DNA of 64,000 nucleotides from Thecamonas trahens ATCC 50062 (lineage: Eukaryota > Protista > Apusomonadida), in contig NW_013657654.1 in NCBI RefSeq assembly GCF_000142905.1, positions 124,001 to 188,000 of the forward strand, given 5' to 3'. The position numbers and the translations under genes were made by a program. Below, one piece after another: positions 11,876 through 22,377 of the stretch (the first letter of the stretch is position 1; the number at the start of each line of letters is the position of its first letter). A model generated the notes under the pieces. It did no database searches, was not told the DNA's origin, and was given only the letters and a program-made list of their open reading frames with translations.

Positions 11876-12624
11876 GCAGCGAGCCCGCCGCATCACATGC
11901 CGCTCTCCACCATAGCCGCAGGAGCAGCCGTCGACTGGCTTTGACCTCCTGCATCCTCTCCATCAAACGCCGCCAGCGTCCGAATGGCCAGCGCCACATG
12001 ATCCAGCACAGAGGTGCACGAGACCCGGACAGCGCGCAGCTCGTCCGATGCCACAGTCCTAGCAAGCACGATGACGACCACAAGCCAGCCGTCCACCACC
12101 ACCACCACCGCCACCACCACCGCCACCGTCACCATCACCATCACCACCACAGTAAGTGCACCCTCCCTCCCTCCACCTAGACTCCCTTCTACTCCGGCAT
12201 GACCACCTACACTGCCAGGACGCCATCATCATCCACCGCCCACTGGCGAGAGACCACCTCTGGCCGCAGCTCCGCATCCACACCCACAGCACCAAGCACA
12301 ATGTCAGCACGCCGCTTGCTGCCCACAGGGATCCGGCACGTCACGCTGTACATGATGGAGTATGTGCACAGGCAAGTGTGAGGGGGTAGAGGAGGGGTGG
12401 TAGGGGGTGGGGAGAGATGAGTGTGGGTCTTTCCGGCGGCCGCTCGCTGCCTGCTCGCCGCTGCCCGCTCCTCACTGCCACCCCTCCCCATTCCAACCCC
12501 GTTCTACCTCGCTCTCCAAAGAAGGATCTCGTTCACTTCCGCCCACCTTGGCGAATGACTCGTGCGACAGCACCATCGTCACACACCTCTGCTAGAATCA
12601 AACTTTGGTCTCCTTCGCTTTCGA

Positions 12625-15331
12625 TTATCCATGATTGCCTCCAGGGAGCGCGGCGGCAAGGTCGGGAAGCGACAGCCGCCGCGATGGGGACGACGCGTCA
12701 GTGAGGACATGGCCTGGGAGTGCAGATGCTGCCGCTATGTCGCGACGCACAGCCTCGGTTGCTGGCATAACTCGCGCAGAGCCGGTGGCCATTGCTCGTA
12801 GCCGCGGCGAGTCGATGCCGTCTCCGCCGCCGCGGCTTCCGCCACCCGCCGCTGTGCTCGACACAAGTGCTTCGAGCTGGGCTAGCGTGTCGGTCAGCAT
12901 CTGACCGCCAGCAGCAATGGCTGGCCCGTGGCCGAGCTCATCCAGTCGCGCTGCAGTGTCGGCGATCAGTGCCGCCACAGACCGGAGCGACATCGACAAC
13001 GCCATCATCGAGCTCGAGCCGCCGGCGAGGCTCGGCGATCGCGGCGACGCTGGCGCTGTCGGGTTCGGCCGCAAATGGCTTGCGCCGCCGAGCACTGCGA
13101 GCAGCTTGGACGCCGCAGGCGTTGCATCCTCGAGCAGAAACAAGTGCTTGAGCATGCCGAGTTCGAGCAGCGCGTCCTGGATAAGCGCCGCTGCTGCAGG
13201 AGATGCCTGCGCAAGGTTGCAGAGCAAGTTGAGGAGGACGTGGAGGACGGCCGGCGGGCGTCCGAGATGCGTGAGACCAGCAGCGGAATGCCCTCGTCGC
13301 TTGAGCTGACAAAGTGGGCCCGCGCCGTCGCGTTTCGTAGAAGCCGATCCAGTGCCTGGAACAGGTGGTACAGCAAGTTGGCCGCAGACGCTGGCGTCTT
13401 CCAGATCAGCGATGTCAGCGACGAGAGGAACTGCGGTCCAAGCTCTACGAGGGTGTCCATGTGGAGCCACGCGATCTGCCGCAGCGCCACCTCGTGCAGC
13501 CGCTCGTGCCGCTGCCGGAGCCAGTGGTGGATGCGCGGGACCTCGAGCTCCCGCAGGCCAATCTGTCCGCGCAGGACTCGCAGCCGCTTCGCTACCCGCG
13601 CCATCTCGGGGCGCGCCTCGGCCTTGGTCTCCAGACAGTCGTTGATGAGCGCCGCGAGTGGGCCGGCCAGCCACGCCGGCAGTGTCGGCTTGGCCGTCCC
13701 ATCGCGAACAGCGTCCAGCAGCTCGCCCATGTCGCGAAGCGTCCGCTCGTCAAGCTGGTCGCGGAACGGGAGCTGCCGCGTCACAAGCTCAGTGAGCAAG
13801 ACGCCGAACGAGTAGACGTCGACTGCAGGGCCATACGCCTCGCCGCGGAGCATCTCGGGCGCCATCCACTGGAACGTCCCAGCCGTCTCTACCACTCCCG
13901 CCCGTGACGCAATGACCGAGAGCCCAAAGTCGGCCACCTTGACCGTCCCGGACTCGTCGAGAAGCATGTTCTCAGACTTGAGATCGCGATGGATGACTGG
14001 CGGCCGCAGTCCGTGCAGGTACGCCACGCCCAACGCGGCCTCGTGTGCCAGTCGCAGCACGTGCTCCATGTCGCACACCTCGGAAGTCTCGTGCAGGAGC
14101 ATGAACAGCGAGCCGCCCTCCAGAAACTCGGTCACGATAAACACACCGCGCTCCTCCACCAGCGCACCCATGTACAGAACGATGTTCGGGTGTCGCAGCC
14201 GTGAGAGGACCTCGATCTCGTGGACCATGTCGTCGACCGCACCCGCGTCACCAGACACAGCCTCGTCGCGAAGCGTCTTGACTGCTACATCAACACCCCA
14301 TACCCGCCCGCGATACACAGCCCCGAACGAGCCCTCGCCCACCTTGTCGAGCAGTACCACTTCTGACAGCGAGATCGTCGACAGCGCCGCGCCCGACGCA
14401 TGCCGCGCCTCGTTGAACGCAGATCCTTGCCTTTCACTGCCGCCGCAAACCGAGGTGTTCAGAGACGCCGCCAGCGCGTCCGAGATGAGCACCACCCCGA
14501 GCCCGAGCACGAGCTTGTCTCGCACCTGCCGTCCGAGACGGTGCTACAGCCCGAGTCAGCATCTGGCTCCGAGCTTGAGCTCGAGCCGGAGCCACACGAG
14601 CCAGATTCCGAGTCGAGACTCGAGCCCGGTGATATCGGCGAGGTGCACCGGCCGGGGACCGCCAGCAAGCCGGAGAGCGTTTGTGAGGTGGCGACGAGCG
14701 TCGGCGGCGACGACGGCCGCGAGTGCGTCCGCGACCGTGGCACTGCACGGACCGGCGACAACCGCAGCGGCGCAAGACCAGCCACCACTGCATCGACCAC
14801 CTCATCAGCAAAGCCAGTACCCACTACAACCTCACCGCCGACTGATGCCATCTCGTCGACCACCACCACCCGGACAAGCTCGTCTAGCGACGACAGCAGC
14901 GACGGCGAGCGCCTCAGCGGCGTGACCGGCGCTGAGACCGAGAGATCGACACCGCCCGCCGTCGCAACCAGAGTTTCCGGCCCGTTAGCCACCGATCGCG
15001 GACCTGGTGATGCCGGCGGCGTCAGCACCTGGGCCGGTGCGTGCGAGAGCGCAAGTGCCAGGCTGTGGATCAGCGCAAACGAGAGGCCCGGTGCGCCCGC
15101 CGCGGCGCACACCGCGTCCAGGCCCGGGCCAAGCAGCCGCTCAAAGGCCTCAGGGCCATGGGTGGCGAACGAGAGTCGCCGTACTGGCGACGGCGAGGCC
15201 ATGGGCGACCCGAGCGAGGCCAGCGACGACGCTGACGCTGACGTGTTCATCCGACGTCGAGTGGGGAGGGAGAGGGGCCGGTCGCTACCGAACAGGCGTG
15301 CGGCGTGCGGCCGCGCCACGGGATGCGCCAC
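12625..15331 (-). CDS. TKL (Raf/MLK-like) protein kinase with a helical, ARM-like C-terminus; possible intron 14525-14437; undercall at 13256-13258
   Basis: VGEGSFGAVYRG, VAVK, LRHPNIVLYMG, IHRDLKSENML, DFGLS, GTFQWMAPE, DVYSFGV. The kinase core is certain; the joins to the flanking frames are inferred. Confidence 0.8.
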
Positions 15332-15524
15332 CAGCTGGCAGCCACCGCAGGCAATCGGATCCCTCCCCCTATTCTGATTGACTCGCCACGGGCTTTGTTT
15401 CTACATTCTTCCTCCGCACACTGCTCTCCACAACCACCCCTCATTCTCTCTCTCCCTCTCTCTTTCTCTCTCTGAGAACTCACTCTCTCAATCTCTGTCG
15501 TGCCAAGACCCGCGCGATTTGGAC

Positions 15525-16574
15525 TCACTCGCGGAGGCAGTCGATCATGCGGCCGAGCAGGCCGGCGAGCTGCAGGAGTGAGACAACACCGTCGGTGAAG
15601 CGAGTGTGGGTGATGCCAATCTCCTTGATCATGTTGAGCTTGTGCATCTCCGAGAGATCCGGGTACGACTTGACAATCTTAAAGATAGTGCCGATGATGT
15701 CCGAGCCCGAGTAGCCCTGGTACCAGAGAGTCTCGAGGCGGGCGTTGGCGGCAAGGAGGTCGCCCTGGCGGACAGCAGCAATCATGGCCTTGACCACGAC
15801 CGGATGCGGCTGGTCGCAGACCTTGAAGACGTGGTCGGGGGTGACCATGCCAAAGCCGGCGACGGTCGACTCGAGGTTGTTGATGGCCTGGCGCATGTCG
15901 CCGTCGGCGGTGAAGACCAGAGCCTCGAGCCCCTCGTTGGTCGACTCGACGCCTTCGGCCTTGATGATCTGCAGCAGCCGGTCAAGGACCTGCTGGTCGG
16001 TGAGCCGGGCGTAGCGCAGGATGGCGCAGCGCGACTGGATGGGCTCGATGATCTTGGTCGAGTCGTTGCAGGCGAGGGCAAAGCGGGTGGTGGCCGAGTG
16101 CAGCTCCATCGTCCGCCGCAGCGCCTGCTGCGCGCCGGTAGTCATCGAGTCTGCCTCATCGAGGATGATAATCTTGTGCCGGCCCGGAGGCAGGGTCACC
16201 TTCTTCTGTGCGAACCGCTTGATGGTGTTGCGGACGACATCGATAGAGCGCTCGTCCGACGCGTTGAGCTCGAGCACGCCCTCTGCAAAGGCGTCTCCAA
16301 GCAGGGCGCGTGCCAGGCACAGAATGGAAGTCGTCTTACCTGTCCCGGGAGGACCGGCAATGAGACAGTTCTGCAAGTTGCCCTGCTTGGCAATGACCTT
16401 GAGCCTCGCCACCGTTGCCTCATTGCCCGTGATCTCCTCCACCGTGTTGGGCCGGTACTTCTCCACCCACGGGACAGAGAAGGTGGCGTCACCAGAGTAA
16501 CCTCCGCTCTTGCTCGACGACGCACCCGCCCCGCCTCCGCTGGCAATGCTACTGATCTCCATAGGTGCTGCCAT
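15525..16574 (-). CDS. RFC2: Replication factor C small subunit (human RFC2 / yeast Rfc4)
   Basis: [65 protein letters not shown]. Confidence 0.96.
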   Translation of the reverse strand: MAAPMEISSIASGGGAGASSSKSGGYSGDATFSVPWVEKYRPNTVEEITGNEATVARLKVIAKQGNLQNCLIAGPPGTGKTTSILCLARALLGDAFAEGVLELNASDERSIDVVRNTIKRFAQKKVTLPPGRHKIIILDEADSMTTGAQQALRRTMELHSATTRFALACNDSTKIIEPIQSRCAILRYARLTDQQVLDRLLQIIKAEGVESTNEGLEALVFTADGDMRQAINNLESTVAGFGMVTPDHVFKVCDQPHPVVVKAMIAAVRQGDLLAANARLETLWYQGYSGSDIIGTIFKIVKSYPDLSEMHKLNMIKEIGITHTRFTDGVVSLLQLAGLLGRMIDCLRE

Positions 16575-16823
16575 ACTCGCTCCCTGCCTCAGACAAGTGC
16601 CCGTCGCTCCTCTCGCGCCGGTCGACAATGTGACCGCCGAGTGGGGAAGATTCTACGACCTCTTTTTCTGACCCGCGAGGGATGGACTGGCTGCGGCCCG
16701 CTGCGGGTCATGGCCATCCTTCAAGGCCTTTGCTCTTGTTGCTGTGTAACCCATCCGATCACAGGTCCTACCGTTCGTAGGCCGGGCGTGCGGGGTCATG
16801 GACTTGATGTGTGTCGTATGAGG

Positions 16824-18222
16824 TCAGAGAACTCGGAACGAGAGCTGCGGGGCGGGCGAGGGATACGTCGACGCATGGTTGTGGATCTCCCACGGCGTGG
16901 CGTCGCATTGGACCTCGACCGCCTGCATCACGGCTGCAGTGGCGGCTACAAGCTCAAGATGGGCCACCCGCGCGCCAAGACACATGCGCGGGCCAACAGA
17001 GAACCCGTCGCGCATCAGCGGGTGATGGATGAGCGCAGACTTGTCGATGTTGGAGCTGAGGAAGCGCTCAGGCCGGAAGAGTTCTGGACTCTCGACATGC
17101 TGCGGGTCGTGAGCGACGCCGGTTGGGAAAACGCGAGCCAGGTACTGGCCGGGAGCTCAAGGGCCTTGCCAGATCCCAGCACCACCTCTGTCGCCTCGTC
17201 CAGCATACGGACAAACATAAAGGCGGTTGGCGTGAGGCGATGCACCTCGCGCTGCACGGCCTTGAGGTAGTGCAGCCGACGCACATGGCCGCGGGAAAGC
17301 TCATCGCTGCCGACGACAGCGGCAATCTCGGCCCGCAGCGTGGCCTGCGCCTCGGGGTTGCTACCGAGATGGATGAGGGTCCAGTGGAGCGTCGACGCCA
17401 CCGTCTCAAACCCGGCCATCAACAGGCCGGGCATGTTGGCGGCAACAGCATCGGCGTCGATCGCGCCAGACTCGACCAGGTCGTGGGCATAGGAGAAGCC
17501 GTAGGCGGGCGGGGCGCCGAGAGCGCGAGCCACATCGGCCTTGCTATGCTCGACCATAAACTGAAGCGAAGCCTGCCAGTCGCGCCAGAGTCTGGTCCGC
17601 ATCGTTGCGTGTTTCTTGCCCAGCGGACTCATCAGCATGCCCGACGCACACTCCATGGATCGGACTGTCGCCGCCAGCAGCGGATGCATGCCGCCGTCGA
17701 CCGGGCGCGGCAACGGCGCGCCAAGCACCGCTCCGCACACCATGTCGAACGAGAGCTGCTGGAGCCAGCGATGCAAGTCGATGCGGCCACAACTCATTGC
17801 CAGCTCCTTGGCTGCGCGCCTCGCCACACGATCGACCGATGATGCATACCTGGCGGCAGCCTGGGGCGAGAGCAGCGTCCGCTGCATGGCGGTCCGAGTC
17901 GCCTGCCAGGTGTCGGTGCCAAACGCCATGGCTATCTCACGGACTCCGCGCCTTGCCCTCTTCTCAAAAAGGCATGCAGCATCCAAAGCGAGTCTGTAGC
18001 GCCTGTGGGCCATGGCCCTGCCGCGGCATGGACCTGGGCCCAGACCCTTGGGTCGAACACCACCACCGTCTCCTCGCCGAGGCCGCCGAGGCTCACCACC
18101 TCGCCCCATCGGGCGTACATCTTGCGGAGCATGGGCACCATCCGACTCGAACCGCCCTCCTTGGCCACCCACCATGCGTTGCCGAGCAGAGGCAGCCGCA
18201 GCGGGCCTGGGATGGGTGGCAT
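16824..18222 (-). CDS. Cytochrome P450; two 1-nt undercalls (17966-17970, 17128-17131); start uncertain
   Basis: PGPLRLPLLGN, WQATR, AGFETVAST (I-helix), EVHR (ExxR), FRPERF and the heme motif FSVGPRMCLG, spread over three frames joined by adding one T at each site. Confidence 0.9.
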
Positions 18223-18646
18223 GCGGGGAGAGATGGGTAGACGTAGACGAGGGTGCGGGCGAGAGCGGCGACGTCGGTGCCGCCGGCAGCCTCCTGGACG
18301 CGTGCCGCGTCCGGGGGCACAGGCCAATGAGAGGGCTAATCACACACGCACCGCACTACACATACTACACAGGTATGTTACCATCGGCGCCAACATCGCC
18401 GTCATCGCCAACGTCAGCACTCTCACTATCGTTGCCACTGCCGCAACTGGATCACGTAGCCGGCAACCGGCAGCTCTCTCTCTCCCTCCGAGTCTATCTC
18501 ATGCCAGTACACATTCTTGCCCCAAACCCCCGCTCAAGCGTCTGCTGCAAAGTCCGGCTCCAGACCAAGACCATGACGAGCAGCGAGCAGCGGTTTGCAT
18601 CGATCGGTGCGGCTCCGGCATGAGAAGGGGGGGTGGCTTGGTCCGA

Positions 18647-19049
18647 TCACAGCGGCGGAAGCGAGACCGACTCTAGCATGTGACGATCGAGCGAGTCGCC
18701 GACCTGCGGCTGTGCAGCACCAGCGCCAGCCATGTTCATGAACGCCTGGCAGACCACCAGGTAGGCAGCCTGATAGCTGTGCAGCGCCGCGCAGTTTGAC
18801 CGGAACCGCTGAACCTCGCTCTCCAGTCGTTCCAGCTCTCCGTTGAGACCTACCCAGAGTGGATGTGAGTGGAGGGGAAGGGGGGGGGGGGGGGGGGGGG
18901 GGCAGTACGGAGTACCGGGGNNNNNNNNNNNNNNNNNNNNNNNNNNNNNNNNNNNNNNNNNNNNNNNNNNNNNNNNNNNNNNNNNNNNNNNNNNNNNNNN
19001 NNNNNNNNNNNNNNNNNNNNCCCCACCACACACACACACACACACAAAC

Positions 19050-19085
<36 letters not shown>

Positions 19086-19109
19086 CCACGTACGGTTCAA
19101 CTGGTCCAT
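18647..19109 (-). CDS. Small (~72 aa) helical protein; exons 19109-19094 and 18849-18647
   Basis: GTACGT donor and TAG acceptor are phase-compatible: MDQLN-R-LNGELERLESEVQRFRSNCAALHSYQAAYLVVCQAFMNM...PPL*. The intron contains a gap. Confidence 0.6.
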
Positions 19110-19277
19110 CTCCTGTTACAAGCAAGTCAAGTGGTTGCCTCACCCGCACCCGCGCCTGCCCGCCAACCCCCCCCCAACCCCAACCCCCCCAACCCCCCCC
19201 CCCAACCCCCCTCTCCCCCCCCCCCTCCCCTCCCTCCCCTACCCCATCCCGCCCCACTTCACCCTCCAAGAGCCACC

Positions 19278-22200
19278 ATGAGCAACGCCCCGACCTTCAA
19301 ACTCCTTCTTGTGGGAGATGGAGGGACAGGCAAGACTGCCTTCCTCAAGGCCATCAACTCCCTTGCCTTTGAGACCAAGTACATTGGTATGCAATCCCCC
19401 TCCCTCCCCCATCTCCTCACCCATCCCCATCCCCATCCCCTTTGTATGCCCAGGCATGTATGCCTGCCTTTCTTTCGGTCACCCTTCTGTCACGCACCTT
19501 GCCACCACCACACCAAGTCGCCTTCCATTGCACCACCACACACACATACACGCACACACGCACACACACATGCACATGCACATACAAACAAACATGCACA
19601 CACTCACATATACCCCACACACACCACACCACACCATCCGCCCCGCATGTAGCCACACTTGGTGTCGAGGTGGATGAGGTCAGGCTGGCGACTTCGTCCG
19701 GCCCGCTGGTGTTCAACGTGTGGGATACGGCCGGACAGGAGAAATTTGGTGGCCTCCGCGATGGGTACTACATCCAGGGCCAAGCGGCGGTGATTTTTGC
19801 TGATGCCTCGTCGAGGAGTTCGGTCAAACATGCAAGGACTTCATGGCTTCGGGATGTGGTCCGAGTCTGTGATGGCATCCCCAAGGTCTTCGTCTTTAAC
19901 AAGACAGACGTGCCCGGTGGTGAGGCCAGGCACGTGGACAAGTTTGATGCTGTCTTTGGGCTCTCGGTCAAGGCCGCGGTGGCGAACAACGACTACGCGT
20001 CGCTCAAGGCTCCTTTCCTCTTCCTCGCCCGAAAGCTCACTGGCATTCGCGATCTCAACCTCGTCGGCGAGTCGTGGTCCAAGTCGGAGGTCCTTGTCGG
20101 GACCATTCTTCCCAGCGATGGCGCAACTAAGGACGAACATCCCAGCTCTGCCGATGCTTTCAGGGTCTCCAGCCCGCAGTCGAGTCCGCAAGCCCTTCCT
20201 CAGGGTGAGGTGTATGGTGATGGCGGCCCAGATGGGATCGACGACATTGTGTCGCCCGCGTCGGGCAACGGCGACAATTTCACTCTCGTTACGGGCTCCA
20301 AGACAAAGTCTGCATCGTCAGGCGGCTTCAAGTTTGGATCTCCCAACGCCGCTGCGCCTAAACCGTCTGGCGGCTTCAAGTTTGGATCGCCCGACGCCGC
20401 TGCGCCTGCATCGTCAGGCGGCTTCAAGTTTGGATCGCCCAACGCCGCCGCACCTGAACCGTCAGGCGGCTTCAAGTTTGGATCGCCCAACGCCACTGCG
20501 CCTAAGCCGTCTGGCGGCTTCAAGTTTGGATCGCCCGACGCCGCTGCGCCTGCATCGTCAGGCGGCTTCAAGTTTGGATCGCCCAACGCCGCCGCACCTG
20601 AACCGTCAGGCGGCTTCAAGTTTGGATCGCCCAACGCCACTGCGCCTAAGCCGTCAGGCGGCTTCAAGTTCGGATCGCCCGACGCCGCTGCGCCTAAGCC
20701 GTCAGGCGGCTTCAAGTTTGGATCGCCCAACGCCGCTGCGCCTAAGCCGTCAGGCGGCTTCAAGTTCGGATCGCCCAACGCCACTGCGCCTAAACCGTAT
20801 AGCAACTTCAAGTTTGGATCGCCCAACAACTTGTCGCCTGGACAACCCAGACACACACCATCGGGACCTTGGAAGTGCCCTGCTTGCGAGGCCAACAACC
20901 CTGCCGACAACAACCACTGCAAACTCTGCACCACTCCGCGGGTCCGCGTGGATCCGCAGTCCAAGCTGGCAAACTGGGGCCCACCGGCCAAACCCAAGGC
21001 AAAAAAGCCGACCAAGACGACCAAGATGGCCGCAAAGAAGAAAACTGCAAAGGCGACAAAAAAAAGGCTGGCAATGGCAAGACCGCCGCGGTCTCGCTTG
21101 CCTCCATCGGCTACCCCGACCCTACTGATGACTCCGACGCCGAGCTGATTCTGGCCGAACAGCGCCAGCTGCTGCAGGAAGCCCCGCCGCCGCCCGCTGT
21201 CTCAGATTTCGAAGCCTACAAGGCCGGTCTGATGGCCCGCCTCGACGCCGAGGCTGCCCGCCGCGGATACACACCCGACGAGAGCGACCGCAAGGCCGTG
21301 CTCAAGCGGCTGCCGGCCAACCTGGGCCAGACAGCGTGGCGGACACAGATCAAGAAGGTACTTCGGCAAGTGCACTCTTGCACCAGCATCGGCACAAGTG
21401 CTGCCCAGCTTGTCCAGGACATCGTGGTGTCGTCGCTCGTCGACGTTGTCACCGCCACCCGTCAGCTGATGGCGAAGCGCGACGAACTCATCGCCAACTC
21501 GCTCGAGACCGACGAACGCTCCGCTGAACTCCCCGACGTCGTTGCTGCTATCCGCCTCGCTGTGCCGGGCGAGCTGGCCATGCACGGTACATCCGAAGCA
21601 ACCAGGGCCGTCATCAAGTTGAAGGCTGCCCAACCGCCAGCCACGCTACGAACCGCATCCACCGCCAGTGGTCTAGTCTTTTCGACCCTCATTACCCGCT
21701 CCGGCATTGCCAAGCGGTTCGGGAGCTCGGTCCTCTCTCTCCCTGATGGAAGCCCTGCGTTTTCTGTCGAGGCCCTCGTCGCCCTTACCGCATTCACCGA
21801 GTACATCACCGCCGAGATCCTCGAGCTGAGTGGTAACGCCGCCCGCGACAACCGCCGTGCCCGTATCAACGAGCGCCACGTTCTTCTCTCCATTTCCTGC
21901 GATGAGGAGCTGAGCAATCACTTCCGCAGCGGCATCATCGCCCGCGGCGGCGTTTTGCCGCACATTCATGTCCGCCTCTTGCCTGTCCACGGCGGCGCGA
22001 ACAACCGCGACATGGAAGAGAATCGGCTCGTCGATGCTGCCCTCGCTACCGCCGGCTCGAGCGGTTCCACCTATCGCCCAGGTACCCTGGCTCTCCGCGA
22101 GATCCGCAGCGCGCAAAAGTCCACCGACCTCGCCATTGCTCCAGACATGTTCCAGGCCGTGGTCCGGGCGTTCTCCGCGATGTCGCTGGCGCTGACATGG

Positions 22201-22376
22201 GCATCTCCGATGAAGCTTACGCAGCCCTGCAGCACGCAGCCGAGGCCCATGTCGTCGAGCTCTTTCACCTCGCCAACGTTGTCGCCATTCACCGCGACTC
22301 GACTCTTGTCGAGCCCAAGGACTTGCAACTCACGAAGCGCATCCAGACAGCGAGCCGTCGCCACTTTTACGCCTAG
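19278..22376 (+). CDS. Fusion protein: Ran-like GTPase, 11 FxFG repeats, RanBP2 zinc finger, H2B-H2A-H3 histone folds (~944 aa); intron 19387-19652; undercalls at 21058-21065 and 22175-22176
   Basis: Ran: FKLLLVGDGGTGKT, YI|ATLGVEV, WDTAGQEKFGGLRDGYYIQ, NKTD, PFLFLARKL. Repeats: GGFKFGSP. Zinc finger: WKCPACEANNPADNNHCKLC. H2B: KKVLRQVH...PGELAMHGTSE. H2A: EYITAEILELSGNAARDN...DEEL...GGVLPHI. H3: YRPGTLALREIR...AIH...PKDLQL. Each domain call is strong; a single polypeptide depends on the A8-to-A9 repair. Confidence 0.8.
20318..20824 (+). repeat. 48-bp coding tandem repeat (SGGFKFGSPxAxAPxx), 11 FKFG motifs
   Basis: Seen directly. Units 2-4 and 5-7 form a 144-bp higher-order duplication. Confidence 0.95.
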
Positions 22377-22377
22377 A

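Noticed and set aside
11872-12620. Short His/Thr-rich ORFs
   Set aside because: Derived from (CAC)n low-complexity sequence with no recognisable domain.
15606-17270. Long antisense ORFs (also 39749-41398, 49757-50956, 62453-63841)
   Set aside because: Shadow frames expected from high GC3 opposite well-supported genes.
19278-22376. Larger endogenous giant-virus insertion around the histone triplet
   Set aside because: Flanking genes are ordinary eukaryotic genes, no viral hallmark genes are visible, and the gene has a host-type intron. Capture of a single gene remains possible.
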